Notes under the pieces: generated by a model | The model's input: only the letters and a program-made list of their open reading frames with translations | What the model was told of the DNA's origin: nothing | The model's database searches: none | Program-made: the position numbers and the translations under genes | NCBI GenBank assembly: GCA_040954595.2 | Contig: CM082579.2 | Coordinates: 12,773,834-12,837,833 of the forward strand | DNA from: Balanoglossus misakiensis | Lineage: Eukaryota > Animalia > Hemichordata | Reading direction: 5' to 3' | Length of the DNA stretch: 64,000 nt | Part shown: positions 13,474-26,800 of the stretch, in pieces | Numbering within the stretch: the first letter of the stretch is position 1 | Layout of the letters: the number at the start of each line of letters is the position of its first letter

Positions 13474-15129
13474 ATAGCTGACGCTTTTAATTCTTTTTTT
13501 GTCAACATTGGACAAAATCTAGCATCACAAATACATTGTAGCACTAATTTCAATGATTACCTTGGTATTCGTCATTTTAATTCTTTCTTTTTCCATTCTG
13601 TGCATCCTGGTGATATACTCAGAGAAATTAATTTATTAGACCATTGTAAAGCTGCTGGTTTTGATGAAATATATCCAAAACTTGTAAAGGAAGCAGCTGA
13701 TTATATTACAGAACCATTTGCTCATATTGTTAATATTTCCTTGTCACAGGGTATTTTTCCAGAGAAACTGAAAATGGCAAGAGTAACACCAATTTTTAAA
13801 AAGGGCTGTGTTCATGAAATAGGAAACTACAGACCTATCTCTGACTTGCCAATATTTAGTAAGCTGTATGAGTCTATTATAAATAAGCAACTGTGTTCTT
13901 TTTTCGAAAAATTTGATATTCTCACTAACAGCCAATATGGATTTCGTAAGAAATATAGTACTAAGTTAGCTTTAGCAGATCTCACAACTGAAATATCAAA
14001 GCACATTGATAACGGTCTTGTTACCTTTGGTATCTTTATTGATTTTAAACAGGCATTTGATACGATTAACCACACAATTTTGTTAGCTAAGCTATGCCAC
14101 TATGGGATTAGGGGATCCACACTTAATTGGTTTAAGACTTATATAGAAGACCGACAGCAGTATGTCAAGGTCAATAATTGCACTTCAAAAGCGAAAAGGA
14201 TCTCCTGTGGGATTCCACAGGGATCAATTCTAGGTCCACTTCTTTTTTTAGTATATATAAATGATATCTGCAGTTCCTCAGACTATTTTCAATTCAGGTT
14301 ATTTGCTGACGATACCAATTTATTTTGTTCAGATAAGCAGGAGAAAATTGATCTTGCCACTCTGAATGTTGAGCTAACTAAAGTACAGACCTGGTGTAAG
14401 TCAAATAAACTTACTATTAATATTGACAAAACAAACTATGTTATTTTCAAAACAGCCCAGGCGAAGTTTAAGCCTGAGGGAGATTTATATGTCTCTGATT
14501 TACCATTACATAATGTTTCTTCTGCTGTTTATCTTGGAGTTACTCTTGACTCATCATTATCCTGGAAGTCTCACATCAACATTATTTTTAAGAAGGTTAG
14601 CCAAAAAATCGGTATTATTTCATATGTACGCCATTATCTCCCTAAGTATATAATTTTATTATTATACAATTGTCTTATCCTTCCCCATATAATGTATTGT
14701 ATCGAAATATGGGGAAATGCGTATAAAACCTATTTAGATTGTATTTTCAAATTGCAAAAGAGACTTGTAAGACTTATAACATTTTCTAGCCCCAATACAC
14801 ATAGCGCACCACTTTTTCAGCAACTTGGAATTCTTAATGTTTACAAACTCTGTAAATTTCAAACTTGTGTTTTTGCGTATGATCTAAAGGCAGGGCATTA
14901 CGCCCACTCACTAGATCGCTATGCTTCATTTGTATCACACAAATATTTTACAAGATTTGCCTCTACTGATAAGTTTACGCTTCTCAAAGTAAAACTTACT
15001 TCATCTCAAAATAATTTATACTATTCTATTGCCAAGCATTGGAATGAAATTCCCACACAAATAAAATCAATTCAATCAAGGAATTTATTTAAAAGCTCTC
15101 TGAAAATGTATCTGTTGAGCATAGATTAA
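13474..15129 (+). CDS. LINE reverse transcriptase, 5'-truncated but uninterrupted frame
   Basis: IADAFNSFFVNIG, NYRPIS, QYGFR, DFKQAFDT, GIPQGSILGP, LFADDT and YLGV motifs. Confidence 0.92.
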   Translation: MADAFNSFFVNIGQNLASQIHCSTNFNDYLGIRHFNSFFFHSVHPGDILREINLLDHCKAAGFDEIYPKLVKEAADYITEPFAHIVNISLSQGIFPEKLKMARVTPIFKKGCVHEIGNYRPISDLPIFSKLYESIINKQLCSFFEKFDILTNSQYGFRKKYSTKLALADLTTEISKHIDNGLVTFGIFIDFKQAFDTINHTILLAKLCHYGIRGSTLNWFKTYIEDRQQYVKVNNCTSKAKRISCGIPQGSILGPLLFLVYINDICSSSDYFQFRLFADDTNLFCSDKQEKIDLATLNVELTKVQTWCKSNKLTINIDKTNYVIFKTAQAKFKPEGDLYVSDLPLHNVSSAVYLGVTLDSSLSWKSHINIIFKKVSQKIGIISYVRHYLPKYIILLLYNCLILPHIMYCIEIWGNAYKTYLDCIFKLQKRLVRLITFSSPNTHSAPLFQQLGILNVYKLCKFQTCVFAYDLKAGHYAHSLDRYASFVSHKYFTRFASTDKFTLLKVKLTSSQNNLYYSIAKHWNEIPTQIKSIQSRNLFKSSLKMYLLSID

Positions 15130-15353
15130 TTTAACCTCTTTTATAAACCTGTTTACTTTGTCACCGCGTTGTTTGACTACCAACTATTGTTTTGTGATAT
15201 GAATTGGCAATTATATTAATTGTTTCAATGATTTGTATGTATTTAGGGCCAGGGACACGACTAGTTCCACTAGAACTACTTCCCTGGTCCGCACCAGTTA
15301 TGTAAAATGCATCTTTCTGGTGATATAAAACTATCTAGCAGACTAGCAGACTA
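13474..15353 (+). mobile_element. 5'-truncated CR1/L2-group LINE inserted antisense in BEL-1 gag
   Basis: Removing it restores gag (AYTKQAEDWPELKS). GCT lies on both sides. It has a 3' UTR stem-loop (15246-15290) and a (ctagcaga)n tail. Confidence 0.92.
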
Positions 15354-16951
15354 GCTTGGTGTAGGCTCTGGCCGTCACGTATGGATTGCCGAACTCAGTT
15401 TCAAGCAATTTTCTGGCTCTTTCGTATCCTTCATTCGCTTCAATGTGAATGCAACTGCTCACTATTTCTCTCGGTTCACCACGTGTATACTGCTCCAAGT
15501 AATACAAACGATCATCAGGATCTTCAGTGTTGGATTCTATGCCATGCCGAAAGGCACGTATAAATGATTTATACTGCAATGGGTCCCCATCGAACACGGG
15601 TATCGATTGCGGCGGTAAAGCGGCACGCTTGTTATGCTCAATCAACAGTTTAGTAACTGTGGCTAGGTTATGATCACTACAGGAACTGTGGCTGCTATTG
15701 CTACTTGTACACGAACCAAGGTCAGGACTGAATTTTGTCTGCTTGTTTACATCGGGTTTTCCTTTTTCTGAACTGCATACAATGCTGTCGACAGGACTAT
15801 CAGACTTAGTAACATTGGGACTATCACATGTGTGGAAACTACCCAAGTTGCTAGCACTTGAACTCTTCATCTTGATGTTGCCCCGAAATGCAGCGGGTGT
15901 CTTGAAGAGATCTTGTAGGTTGTATTCCTGTAAACTACTTTCATCTTCACCATTTTTCAAAATGACGATACACTTCGATTATTGCATTCTGTTCAGCAAT
16001 TTCTGTTTTGATTTCCAACAATTGTTTTTGTTTGTTTATTTTGGATTCCAATTCGTCTAATTTCTGTTTTTCCTCCAAACCTGCCATACGAGTCATCAGT
16101 TCCGCCCGTTTCACTGCGGCTGCAATTATAGATGCCTTGCTATTAATACTACTACCACGTGAGGACACGTGTGATGACACTCTGCTTGATCTTGCTGATT
16201 TAAATCTAGGTGTCTTACTACCAATGTAGGACACGCTATCTTCTGGCTTCACAGTGTCTGCCAACATGGAATCATGCAGCCCATGGCGAAATAGCCAGGT
16301 GTCAACTACATGCCGAAATTCATCAAACCCAGTCATACGTGGTAATGACCAACTGGTATACATATGTTGTTTTTCTTTTTCATCCAATGACTCATGGTAT
16401 TTGACATCAGCCTCTTTGAAGTTTTCAAAGGCAACATCACATTCTTTCATTTTAGTTTTCACCAAAATACCATTGACTTTATCTTCCATCAGAGATGTTA
16501 TCTGATTCATCAATGTTGTTACTCTACCATAGATGTGTGATCTGGTAGTTTTCAATCTTTCTCTTTCAGCTTCTTTGTGCTTGTCTGTTTTTATGGAGAC
16601 ACGCTTGGTGTTTTCTGGATTACCAGTAAACAAATCATTTTTCTCTGTTTCCACCATGACCTTTGTATCATCATTGGTGGCCATTTTGCTTCTTATTCTG
16701 TATAAATTCACTGTGCTGAATGATACCCAATGCGCCCTGTACGTACGATATGCGCGGTCGAGTACTAGTATGACACAATGACCTTGAAGTTTCTGACATG
16801 CGCAGTGGCGTCTTGATCACGTATGCCAGTTTTCCTCGGCTGAACCGAGACCAATGTACTGCTAGACGGGAAAATACTGATAATAAATCGCTGTCCTACC
16901 AGATTCTTTCTACCAATCTTCAGAAGGTGACAGTTTCTGCCCGGTCGTTCA

Positions 16952-16962
16952 CAGTTTTCTAC
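16952..16962 (-). promoter_or_regulatory. Non-tRNA primer-binding site GTAGAAAACTG directly after the BEL-1 5' LTR
   Basis: No TGG start. It is the exact reverse complement of an 11-mer inside both LTRs (17183-17193 and 8267-8277). Confidence 0.75.
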
Positions 16963-17347
16963 TGTAGTAACCTCGATGTGCCGTCTCTAATGGCGCCCTA
17001 ATTCACATCAAAGGTCACAGGGTTCTATAGAGTTTGCCGTTAACTAACTGGAGCTCACCATCGCCGACGAACATTCCTTGTCAGATGTCACAGAAAACGC
17101 TGATCGGAACTTTACACGAACATTTAATGACTGAACATACAACACTGGCACTGGATGATGCGTCGCGGTGGTTGAAGTTTCCGTAGAAAACTGGCAAAAA
17201 TCCCCAGGCTAACTGCAAATGTCCTCACATGTGCGCCATGGAATTTTCCAGATATTTTCTAAACAAAAGCGCATGCGCTAATGTCCTCACAGCGCGAGGG
17301 CGCTAGACTAAATATTTCAGTTTCTATAAGAACTGGGCGTCCTTACA
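16963..17347 (-). repeat. 5' LTR of BEL-1 (385 bp)
   Basis: Direct repeat of 8047-8433. ATTAAA poly(A) signal on the sense strand at 17123-17128. Confidence 0.97.
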
Positions 17348-17819
17348 CAACCTACAACATCAACACCAGTAGGTCAGCAACTGATTGCTGGTAAAATGTC
17401 TATGTCAGAGTTGTCATCCATCCCGTCCACTGATCAGGGGTAAGATTTCTTTCTCTAGTGATTGGAGTCTCTCATGCAAACAATCAAGTCCAACTTTTTT
17501 GCATCAGGATTCATGTAAAATAAAAATACTGTTAAGTGTTTTGAGCAGTTATAGGATGTAATGGATTTAATTTAGGCATTTATCAGGGTGGAAAATTGGT
17601 GCTTTTACGTTGGCAACTATTGCTATTGTTATCAATCATGTTATCCATTTCAAAGTCAGACTATAAATGATTTGTTATGTTATGCTCACCATATTTTTCA
17701 TTTTTTGTAATCCATTGATATGATGTCAGGAGTTGAAGGACTGCCCGATATACAACACCAAACACAAACAGAACCATCAACAAGCTACATGTGTAAATTT
17801 TTTTTATCACAGCTTAATT

Positions 17820-20800
17820 AGGGCCCAAGCGCACGCAAGCGCTTGGGCCCTATTGGTTTCGTTGGAATTTTTCTTTCTTGCTTGCTTTCTTTAGGGCCCA
17901 AGCGCAAGCAAGCGCTTGGGCCCTATTGGTTTCGTTGGAATTTTTCTTTCTTGCTTGCTTTCTTTCTTTCTTTCTTTCTTTATTCTTGTGTCAATTCTTC
18001 GGCCAACTAAATCTCAGAAACTACTGCAGGTACACTGCTCAAACTTGCTACAGTGGTCAAGGTCAATGAGTAGATGTGCAGTGATTTGTGAATACTTAAT
18101 TAGTCACGTGACCTGGCGGCCATATTGGATTTTCTGAAAAAATGCAAATCTCAGATCTCAGAAACTACAAGTCAGATCGACTTCAAATTTGGCATGCAGG
18201 TAGACTACCTTCTGCCCATCATTTTTGTAATTGGAAATTTTGCTGTCAATGTTGCAGTTTTTTTGCTACAATTTTTTTTCTGAAATCTGGCTTAAATTTC
18301 AAAAATCTTCTTCTCCAGAACCGGTGATAACCGAGACACGGGGTTTGGGGTATGTGGTCACCTAACTGATGTCTATCAAGTTTGCGAAGATCATTGTGAT
18401 TGGTCGGAGATTTTGGCGGCCATATTGGATTTTCGAAAAACCATAGTTAAACTCCAAAAATCTTCTTCTCCAGAACGGGGGATGACTGAGTCGCAAGATT
18501 CGGGGAGTATGGTCACTACACTGATGTCTATCAAGTTTGCAAAGAGCATTGTGATTGGTCGAAGATTATGGCGGCCATATTGGACTTTGTAAAAAGCAGT
18601 GAAAATTTGAAATTCCTTTTTCTAGTCTAAAAATTGACAGCATACAAATTCTTTTATGGATATCAATCGTCATGTGACTAAAATATGTTACAATTTTTTG
18701 GCGATTTTTCACATGACCTTTGACCTACTTATCACGCATTATTATCTGCATATCTAATTCCAGGCTAACCTATAGGGCTAGACGTTTGGTTTTTGATGAA
18801 TGTGGATTAGTGTGTGATCAAAAATATTTTGCTACTTTTCATGACCCCTTTGACCTCTGCGGACCTCATTAATTATGTGCATAGCTAATTACAGGCGAAC
18901 TAATAGAGCTAGAGGTTTTGTTTTTGTTGGACATGGACCAGTATGGGATCAAAATTTTTTGCCCAAATGTTGGGTGACCTCTGGTGACCTTTGACCTACT
19001 TTCGCATATCTCAGCATCCAGAGCAGATACAGCCATGGCATTTGGTAGGATGGGACCAAAATGTAAAGCCACATTTTTGGGTCACCTGTGACACCTGCTG
19101 ACCTCATTAAATATGCACATACCTAATTACAGCCGAACCAATAGAGCTACAGTTTTGCTTTTTGTTGGACATGGACCAGTATGGGTAAAAAAAAAAGTGA
19201 CCTTAGGTGACCTTTCACCTACTTCACCCTATTTCAGCAGCAAAAATAGACACATCCTTGTTATGTCATGGGATAATACATCCGATAGAAAATTCTGTTT
19301 CTTCTCATTCATACTGTGCATATATAATTCAAGATCAGCGCTTGGGCCCGACAATGCTGCTCGCAGCTTTAATTAGGGCCCAAGCCAAGCCAGGCTTGGG
19401 CCCTATTGGTTTCGTTGGTATTTTTAGGGCCCAAGCGCATACCAGCGCTTGGGCCCTATTGGTTTCGTTGGGGTTTTTTAGGGCCCAAGCGCATACCAGC
19501 GCTTGGGCCCTATTGGTTTCGTTGGGGTTTTTCTGTCTTTCCTTCTTTCTTTATTCTTCTGTCATTTCTTTGTCGCTCTAGATCTCAGACACCGCTGCAG
19601 GTACACTTCTCAAACTTGCTACAGTGGTCAAGGTCAATGGGTAGTCGTGCATTGAACTCTTGAATTTTTAATTAGTCACGTGACATGGCGGCCATATTGG
19701 ATTTTCTGAAAAAATGCAAATCTCAGATCTCAGAAACTACAAGTCAGATTTACTTCAGATTTGGTGTGCTGGTAGTGTACCTTCTGCCCATCATTTTTGT
19801 AATTGGATATTTTGCTGTCAATGTTGCAGTTTTTTTGCTACAATTTTTTTTCTGAAATCTGGTCAAAATTTCAAAAATCTTCTTCTCCAGAACCGGCAAT
19901 AACCGAGTCACGTGGTTTGGGGTATGTGGTCACCTAACTGAGGTCTATCAAGTTTGCGAAGATCATTGTGATTGGTCGAAGATTATGGCGGCCATATTGG
20001 ATTTTCGAAAAACCCTAGTAAAATTTCAAAAATCTTCTTCTCAAGAACCGGCGATAACTGAGTCACAAGATTTGGTGTGTGTGGTCATTAAACAGATGTC
20101 TATCAAGTTTGCGAAGGTGAATGTGATTGGTCGAAGATTATGGCGGCCATATTGGATTTTAGAAAAACCATAGTTAAACTCCAAAAATCTTCTTCTCCAG
20201 AACGGGCGATGAGTGAGTCGCAAGATTCGGGGAGTATGGTCACTACACTGATGTCTATCAAGTTTGCAAAGAGCATTGTGATTGGTCGAAGATTATGGCG
20301 GCCATATTGGATTTTGTAAAAAGCAGTGAAAAATTGAAATTCCTTTTTCTAGTCTAAAAATTGATAGCATACAAATTCTTTTTATGGATATCAATCGTCA
20401 TGTGACTAAAATATGTTACAATTTTTTGGCGATTTTTCACATGACCTTTGACCTACTTATCACGCGTTATTATTTCTGCATATCTAATTCCAGGCTAACC
20501 AATAGGGCTAGACGTTTGGTTTTTGATGAATGTGGATTAGTGTGTGATCAAAATATTTTGCTACTTTTCATGACCCCTTTGACCTCTGCTGACCTCATTA
20601 ATTATGTGCATAGCTAATTACAGGCGAACCAATAGAGCTAGAGGTTTGGTTTTTGTTGGACACAGACCAGTATGGGATCAAATTTTTTTGCCCAAATGTT
20701 GCATGACCTCTGGTGACCTTTGACCTACTTTCGCATATCTCAGCATCCAGAGCAGATACAGCCATGGCATTTGGTAGGATGGGACCAAAATGTAAAGCCA

Positions 20801-23800
20801 TATTTTTGAGTCACCTGTGACACCTGCTGACCTCATTAAATATGCACATACCTAATTACAGGCGAACCAATAGAGCTAGAGTTTTGTTTTTTGTTGGACA
20901 TGGACCAGTATGGGTCAAAAAAAATTGCCCAAATGTTGGGTGACCTCAGGTGACCTTTGACCTACTTCACCCCATTTCAGCAGCAAAAATACACACATCC
21001 TTGTTATGTCATCAGATAATACATACGATAGAAATTTCTGTTTTTTCTCATTTATACTGTGCATATATAATTCAAGATCAGCGCTTGGGCCCGACAATGC
21101 TGCTTGCAGCTTTAATCTTTCTTTCTTTCTTTCTTTCTTTCTTTATTCTTCTGTCATTTCTTTGTCGCTCTAGATCTCAGACACCACTGCAGGTACAGTT
21201 CTCAAACTTGCTACAGTGGTCAAGGTCAATGAGTAGTCGTGCATTGAACCCATGAATTTTTAATTAGTCACATGACCTGGCGGCCATCTTGGATTTTCTG
21301 AAAAAATGCAAATCTCAGATCTCAGAAACTACAAGTCAGATCGACTTCAAATTTGGCGTGCAGGTAGACTACCTTCTGTCAAACATTTTTGTAATTGGAA
21401 ATTATGCTGTCAATGTTGCAGTTTTTTTGCTACAATTTTTTTTCTGAAATCTGGCTTAAATTTCAAAAATCTTCTTCTCCAGAACCGGTGATAACCGAGA
21501 CATGGGGTTTGGGGTGTGTGGTCACCTAACTGATGTCTATCAAGTTTGCGAAGATCATTGTGATTGGTCAAAGATTATGGCGGCCATATTGGATTTTCGA
21601 AAAACCCTAGTAAAATTTCAAAAATCTTCTTCTCGAGAACCGGCGATAACCGAGTCACAAGATTTTGTGTGTGTGGTCATTCAACAGATGTCTATCAAGT
21701 TTGCGAAGAGGAATGTGATTGGTCGAAGATTATGGCGGCCATATTGGATTTTGTGAAAAACGATTAAAAAGTAAAAATTCCCTTTCTAGCCTAAAAATTG
21801 ATAGCACAGAAATTCTTTTTATGGATATGAATCATCATATAACAAGAATAAGCTATAAATATTTTGGTAATTTTGGCAATGACCTTTGACCTACTTTTGA
21901 CGCATCAATTTTCTGCATATCTAATTCCAGGCTAACCAATAGGGCTATAAGTTTGGTTTTTGATGTATGTGGATTTGTATGTGATCAAAAAATTTTGGTA
22001 CTTTTCATGACCCCTTTGACCTTTGCTGACCTCATTAAATATGCACATACCTAATTACAGATGAAACAATAGACCTAGAGGTTTTGTTTTTGTTATACAG
22101 GACAAGTATGGGGTCAAAATTTTTTACCCAAATTTTGGGTGGCCTCTGGTGACCTTTGACCTAATTTCGCAAATCTCAGCATCCACAGCAGATACAGCCT
22201 TGGCGTTTGGAGGTATGGGGCCATAATGAAAAGCCAAAGTTTTGGGTCACCTGTGACACCTGCTTAACTCATTATTTATGTGCATACCTAATTCCGGGCT
22301 AACCAAAAGGGGTAGAGATCTGGTTTTTGTTGGACATGGACCACTATGGGTCAAAATTTTCTGCCCAAATTGTGGGTGACCTCTGGGTGACCTTTGACCT
22401 ACTTAACAGTATATCAACACCAAACATAGATGTAAACTTGATATTTCATGGGATAAAACACAGCATTATGTTTCTACTCATTAATTATGTGCATATCTAA
22501 TAATCAGATCAGATAATAGAGCTTGGGCCCGGACAATGCTGCTTGCAGCTTTAATTCAGTCTTTCTTTAGGGCCCAAGCGCAAGCCAGCGCTTGGGCCCT
22601 ATTGGTTTCGTTGGGGTTTTTCTGTCTTTAGGGCCCAAGCGCATACCAGCGCTTGGGCCCTATTGGTTTCGTTGGGGTTTTTCTTTCTTCTTTCTTTCTT
22701 TATTCTTGTGTCAATTCTTTGTCGCTCTAGATCTCAGACACCGCTGCAGGTACACTTCTGAAACTTGCTACAGTGGTCAAGGTCAATGAGTAGTCGTGCA
22801 TTGAACCTGTGAATTTTTAATTAGTCACGTGACCTGGCGGCCATATTGGATTTTCTGAAAAAATGCAAATCTCAGATCTCAGAAACTACAAGTCAGATCG
22901 ACTTCAAATTTGGTGTGCAGGTAGTCTACCTTCTACCCATCATTTTTGTAATTGGATATTTTGCTGTAAATGTTGCAGTTTTTTTGCTACAATTTTTTTT
23001 CTGAAATCTGGCTTAAATTTCAAAAATCTTCTTCTCCAGAACCGGTGATAACTGAGTCACGCGGTTTGGGGTATGTGGTCACCTAACTGATGTCTATCAA
23101 GTTTGCGAAGATCATTGTGATTGGTCGAAGATTATGGTGGCCATATTGGATTTTCGAAAAACCATAGTAAAACTTCAAAAATCTTCTTCTCAAGAACGGG
23201 CGATAACCGAGTCACAAGATTTGGTGTGTGTGGTCATTAAACAGGTGTCTATCAAGTTTGCGAAGGGGAATGTGATTGGTCGAAGATTATGGCGGCCATA
23301 TTGGATTTTGTGAAAAACGATTAAAAAGTAAAAATTCCTTTTCTAGCCTAAAAATTGATAGCACAGAAATTCTTTTTATGGATATGAATCATCATATGAC
23401 AAGAATAAGCTATAAATATTTTGGTAATTTTGGCAATGACCTTTGACCTACTTTTGACGCATCATTTTTCTGCATATCTAATTCCAGGCTTACCAATAGG
23501 GCTATAAGTTTGGTTTTTGATGTATGTGGATTTGTATGTGATCAAAAAATGTTGCTACTTTTCATGACCCCTTTGACCTCTGGTGACCTCATTAAATATG
23601 CGCATACCTAATTAATGATGAACCAATACACCTAGAGGTTTTGTTTTTGTTATACATGGACCAGTATGGGGTCAAAATATTTTGCCCAAATGTTGGGTGA
23701 CCTCGGGTGACCTTTGACCTACTTTTGCATATCTCGACATCCACAGCAGATACAACCTTGGCGTTTGGAGGTATGGGGCCATAATGAAAAGCCAAAGTTT

Positions 23801-26800
23801 TGGGTCACCTTTGACACCTGCTTAACTCATTATTTATGTGCATACCTAATTCCGGGCTAACCAAAAGGGCTAGAGGTCTGGTTTTTGTTGGACATGGACC
23901 ACTATGGGTCACAATTTTCTGCCCAAATTGTGGGTGACCTCTGGGTGACCTTTGACCTACTTAACACTATATCAACACCAAGCATAGATATAACCTTGAT
24001 ATTTCATGGGATAAAACACAGCATTATGTTTCTACTCATTAATTATGTGCATATCTAATAATCTGATCAGATAATAGAGCTTGGGCCCGGACAATGCTGC
24101 TTGCAGCTTTAATTCTTTCTTTCTTTCTTTCTTTTTTCTTGTGTCAATTCTTTGTCGCTCTAGATCTCAGACACCGCTGCAGGTACACTTCTGAAACTTG
24201 CTACAGTGGTCAAGGTCAATGAGTAGATGTGCATTGAACCCTTGAATTTTTAATTGGTCACGTGACCTGGCGGCCATATTGGATTTTCTGAAAAAATGCA
24301 AATCTTAGATCTCAGAAACTACAAGTCAGATCGACTTCAAATTTGGTGTGCAGGTAGTCTACCTTCTACCCATCATTTTTGTAATTGGATATTTTGCTGT
24401 CAATGTTGCAGTTTTTTTGCTACAATTTTTTTTCTGAAATCCAGCTTAAATTTCAAAAATCTTCTTCTCTAGAACTGGTGATAACCGAGACACGGGGTTT
24501 GGGGTATGTAGTCACCTATCTGATGTCTATCAAGTTTGCGAAGATCTTTGTGATTGGTCGAAGATTATGGCGGCCATATTGGATTTTCGTAAAACCTTAG
24601 TAAAATTTCAAAAATCTTCTTCTCAAGAACCGGCGATAACCGAGTCACAAGATTTGGTGTGTGTGGTCATTAAACAGATGTCTATCAAGTTTGCGAAGAG
24701 GAATGTGATTGGTCGAAGATTATGGCGGCCATATTGGATTTTGTGAAAAACGATTAAAAAGTAAAAATTCCCTTTCTAGCCTAAAAATTGATAGCACAGA
24801 AATTCTTTTTATGGATATGAATCATCATATGACAAGAATATGCTATAAATATTTTGGTAATTTTGGCAATGACCTTTGACCTACTTTTGACACATCATTT
24901 TTCTGCATATCTAATTCCAGGCTAACCAATAGGGCTATAAGTTTGGTTTTTGATGTATGTGGATTAGTGTGTGATCAAAATATTTTGCTACTTTTTGTGA
25001 CCCCTTTGACCCCTGCTGACCTCATTAAATATGCACATACCTAATTAATGATGAACCAGTAGACCTAGAGATTTTGTTTTTGTTATACATGGACCAGTAT
25101 GGGGTCAAAATATTTTGCCTAAATGTTGGGTGACCTCGGGTGACCTTTGATCTACTTAACACTATATCAGCATCAGATCAGATAATAGAGCTTGGGCCCG
25201 GACAATGCTGCTTGCAGCTTTAATTCTTTCTTTATTCTTATGTCAATTCTTTGTCGCTCTAGATCTCAGACACCACTGCAGGTACAGTTTTCAAACTTGC
25301 TACAGTGGTCAAGGTCAATGAGTAGTCGTGCATTGAACCCATGAATTTTTAATTATTCACGTGACCTGGCGGCCATATTGGATTTTCTGAAAAAATGCAA
25401 ATCTCAGATCTCAGAAACTACAAGTCAGATCGACTTCAAATTTGGTGTGCAGGTAGTCTACCTTCTACCCATCATTTTTGTAATTGGAGATTTTGCTGTA
25501 AATGTTGCAGTTTGTTTGCTACAATTTTTTTTCTGAAATCTGGCTTAAATTTCAAAAATCTTCTTCTCCAGAACCGGTGATAACTGAGTCACGCGGTTTG
25601 GGGTATGTGGTCACCTAACTGATGTCTATCAAGTTTGCGAAGATCATTGTGATTGATCGAAGATTATGGCGGCCATATTGGATTTTCGAAAAACCATAGT
25701 AAAACTTCAAAAATCTTCTTCTCCAGAACGGGCGATAACCGAGTCACAAGATTTGGTGTGTGTGGTCATTAAACAGATGTCTATCAAGTTTGCGAAGGGG
25801 AATGTGATTGGTCGAAAGATATGGCGGCCATATTGGATTTTGTGAAAAACGATTAAAAAGTAAAAATTCCTTTTCTAGCCTAAAAATTGATAGCACAGAA
25901 ATTCTTTTTATGGATATGAATCATCATATGACAAGAATAAGCTATAAATATTTTGGTAATTTTGGCAATGACCTTTGACCTACTTTTGACACATCATTTT
26001 TCTGCATATCTAATTCCAGGCCAACCAATAGGGCTATAAGTTTGGTTTTTGATGTATGTGGATTTGTATGTGATCAAAAAATTTTGCTACTTTTCATGAC
26101 CCCTTTGACCTCTGCTGACCTCATTAAATATGCACATACCTAATTACAGATGAACCGATAGACCTAGAGATTTTGTTTTTGTTATACATGGACCAGTATC
26201 GGGTCAAAATATTTTGCCCAAATGTTGGGTGACCTCGGGTGACCTTTGACCTACTTTTGCATATCTTGACATCCACAGCAGATACAGCCTTGGCGTTTGG
26301 AGGTATGGGGCCATAATGAAAAGCCAAAGTTTTGGGTCACCTGTGACACCTGCTTAACTCATTAATTATGTGCATACCTAATTCCAGGCTAACCAAAAGG
26401 GCTGGAGGTCTGGTTTTTGTTGGACATGGACCACTATGGGTCACAATTTTCTGCCCAAATTGTGGGTGACCTCTGGGTGACCTTTGACCTATTTAACACT
26501 ATATCAGCACCAAACATAGATATAACCTTGATATTTCATGGGATAAAACACAGCATTATGTTTCTATTCATTAATTATGTGCATATCTAATAATCAGATC
26601 AGATAATAGCGCATGGGCCCGGACAATGCTGCTTGCAGCTTTAATTAGGGCCCAAGCGCATACCAGCGCTTGGGCCCTATTGGTTTCGTTGGGGTTTTTC
26701 TGTCTTTCTTTCTTTTTTCTTGTGTCATTTCTTTGTCGCTCTAGATCTCAGACACCGCTGCAGGTACACTTTTCAAACTTGCTACAGTGGTCAAGGTCAA

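Larger units (their letters stand above)
8800..16711 (-). pseudogene. BEL-1 gag-pol polyprotein, several frameshifts plus a LINE insertion
   Basis: Gag FDGDPLQY and CFGC..H..C..C..C..H knuckles, protease FIDNGS, RT SDIEAMF and FYVDD, RNase H HHFADAS and WTDS, integrase GVDYFGP and GGVWER. Confidence 0.95.
8047..17347 (-). mobile_element. Full-length BEL/Pao LTR retrotransposon (BEL-1) inserted in exon 3 of the Kolobok gene
   Basis: TG..CA LTRs at 8047-8433 and 16963-17347. 5-bp TSD CAACC at 8042-8046 and 17348-17352. PPT next to 8433. Domain order gag-PR-RT-RH-IN. Confidence 0.97.

Noticed and set aside
1519-15129. The 5' LINE piece ends (about 2345) almost where the RT piece begins (13474), suggesting one LINE split by 11 kb
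   Set aside because: The RT piece is a clean insertion inside BEL-1 gag (frame restored, GCT on both sides), so it is an independent 5'-truncated copy.
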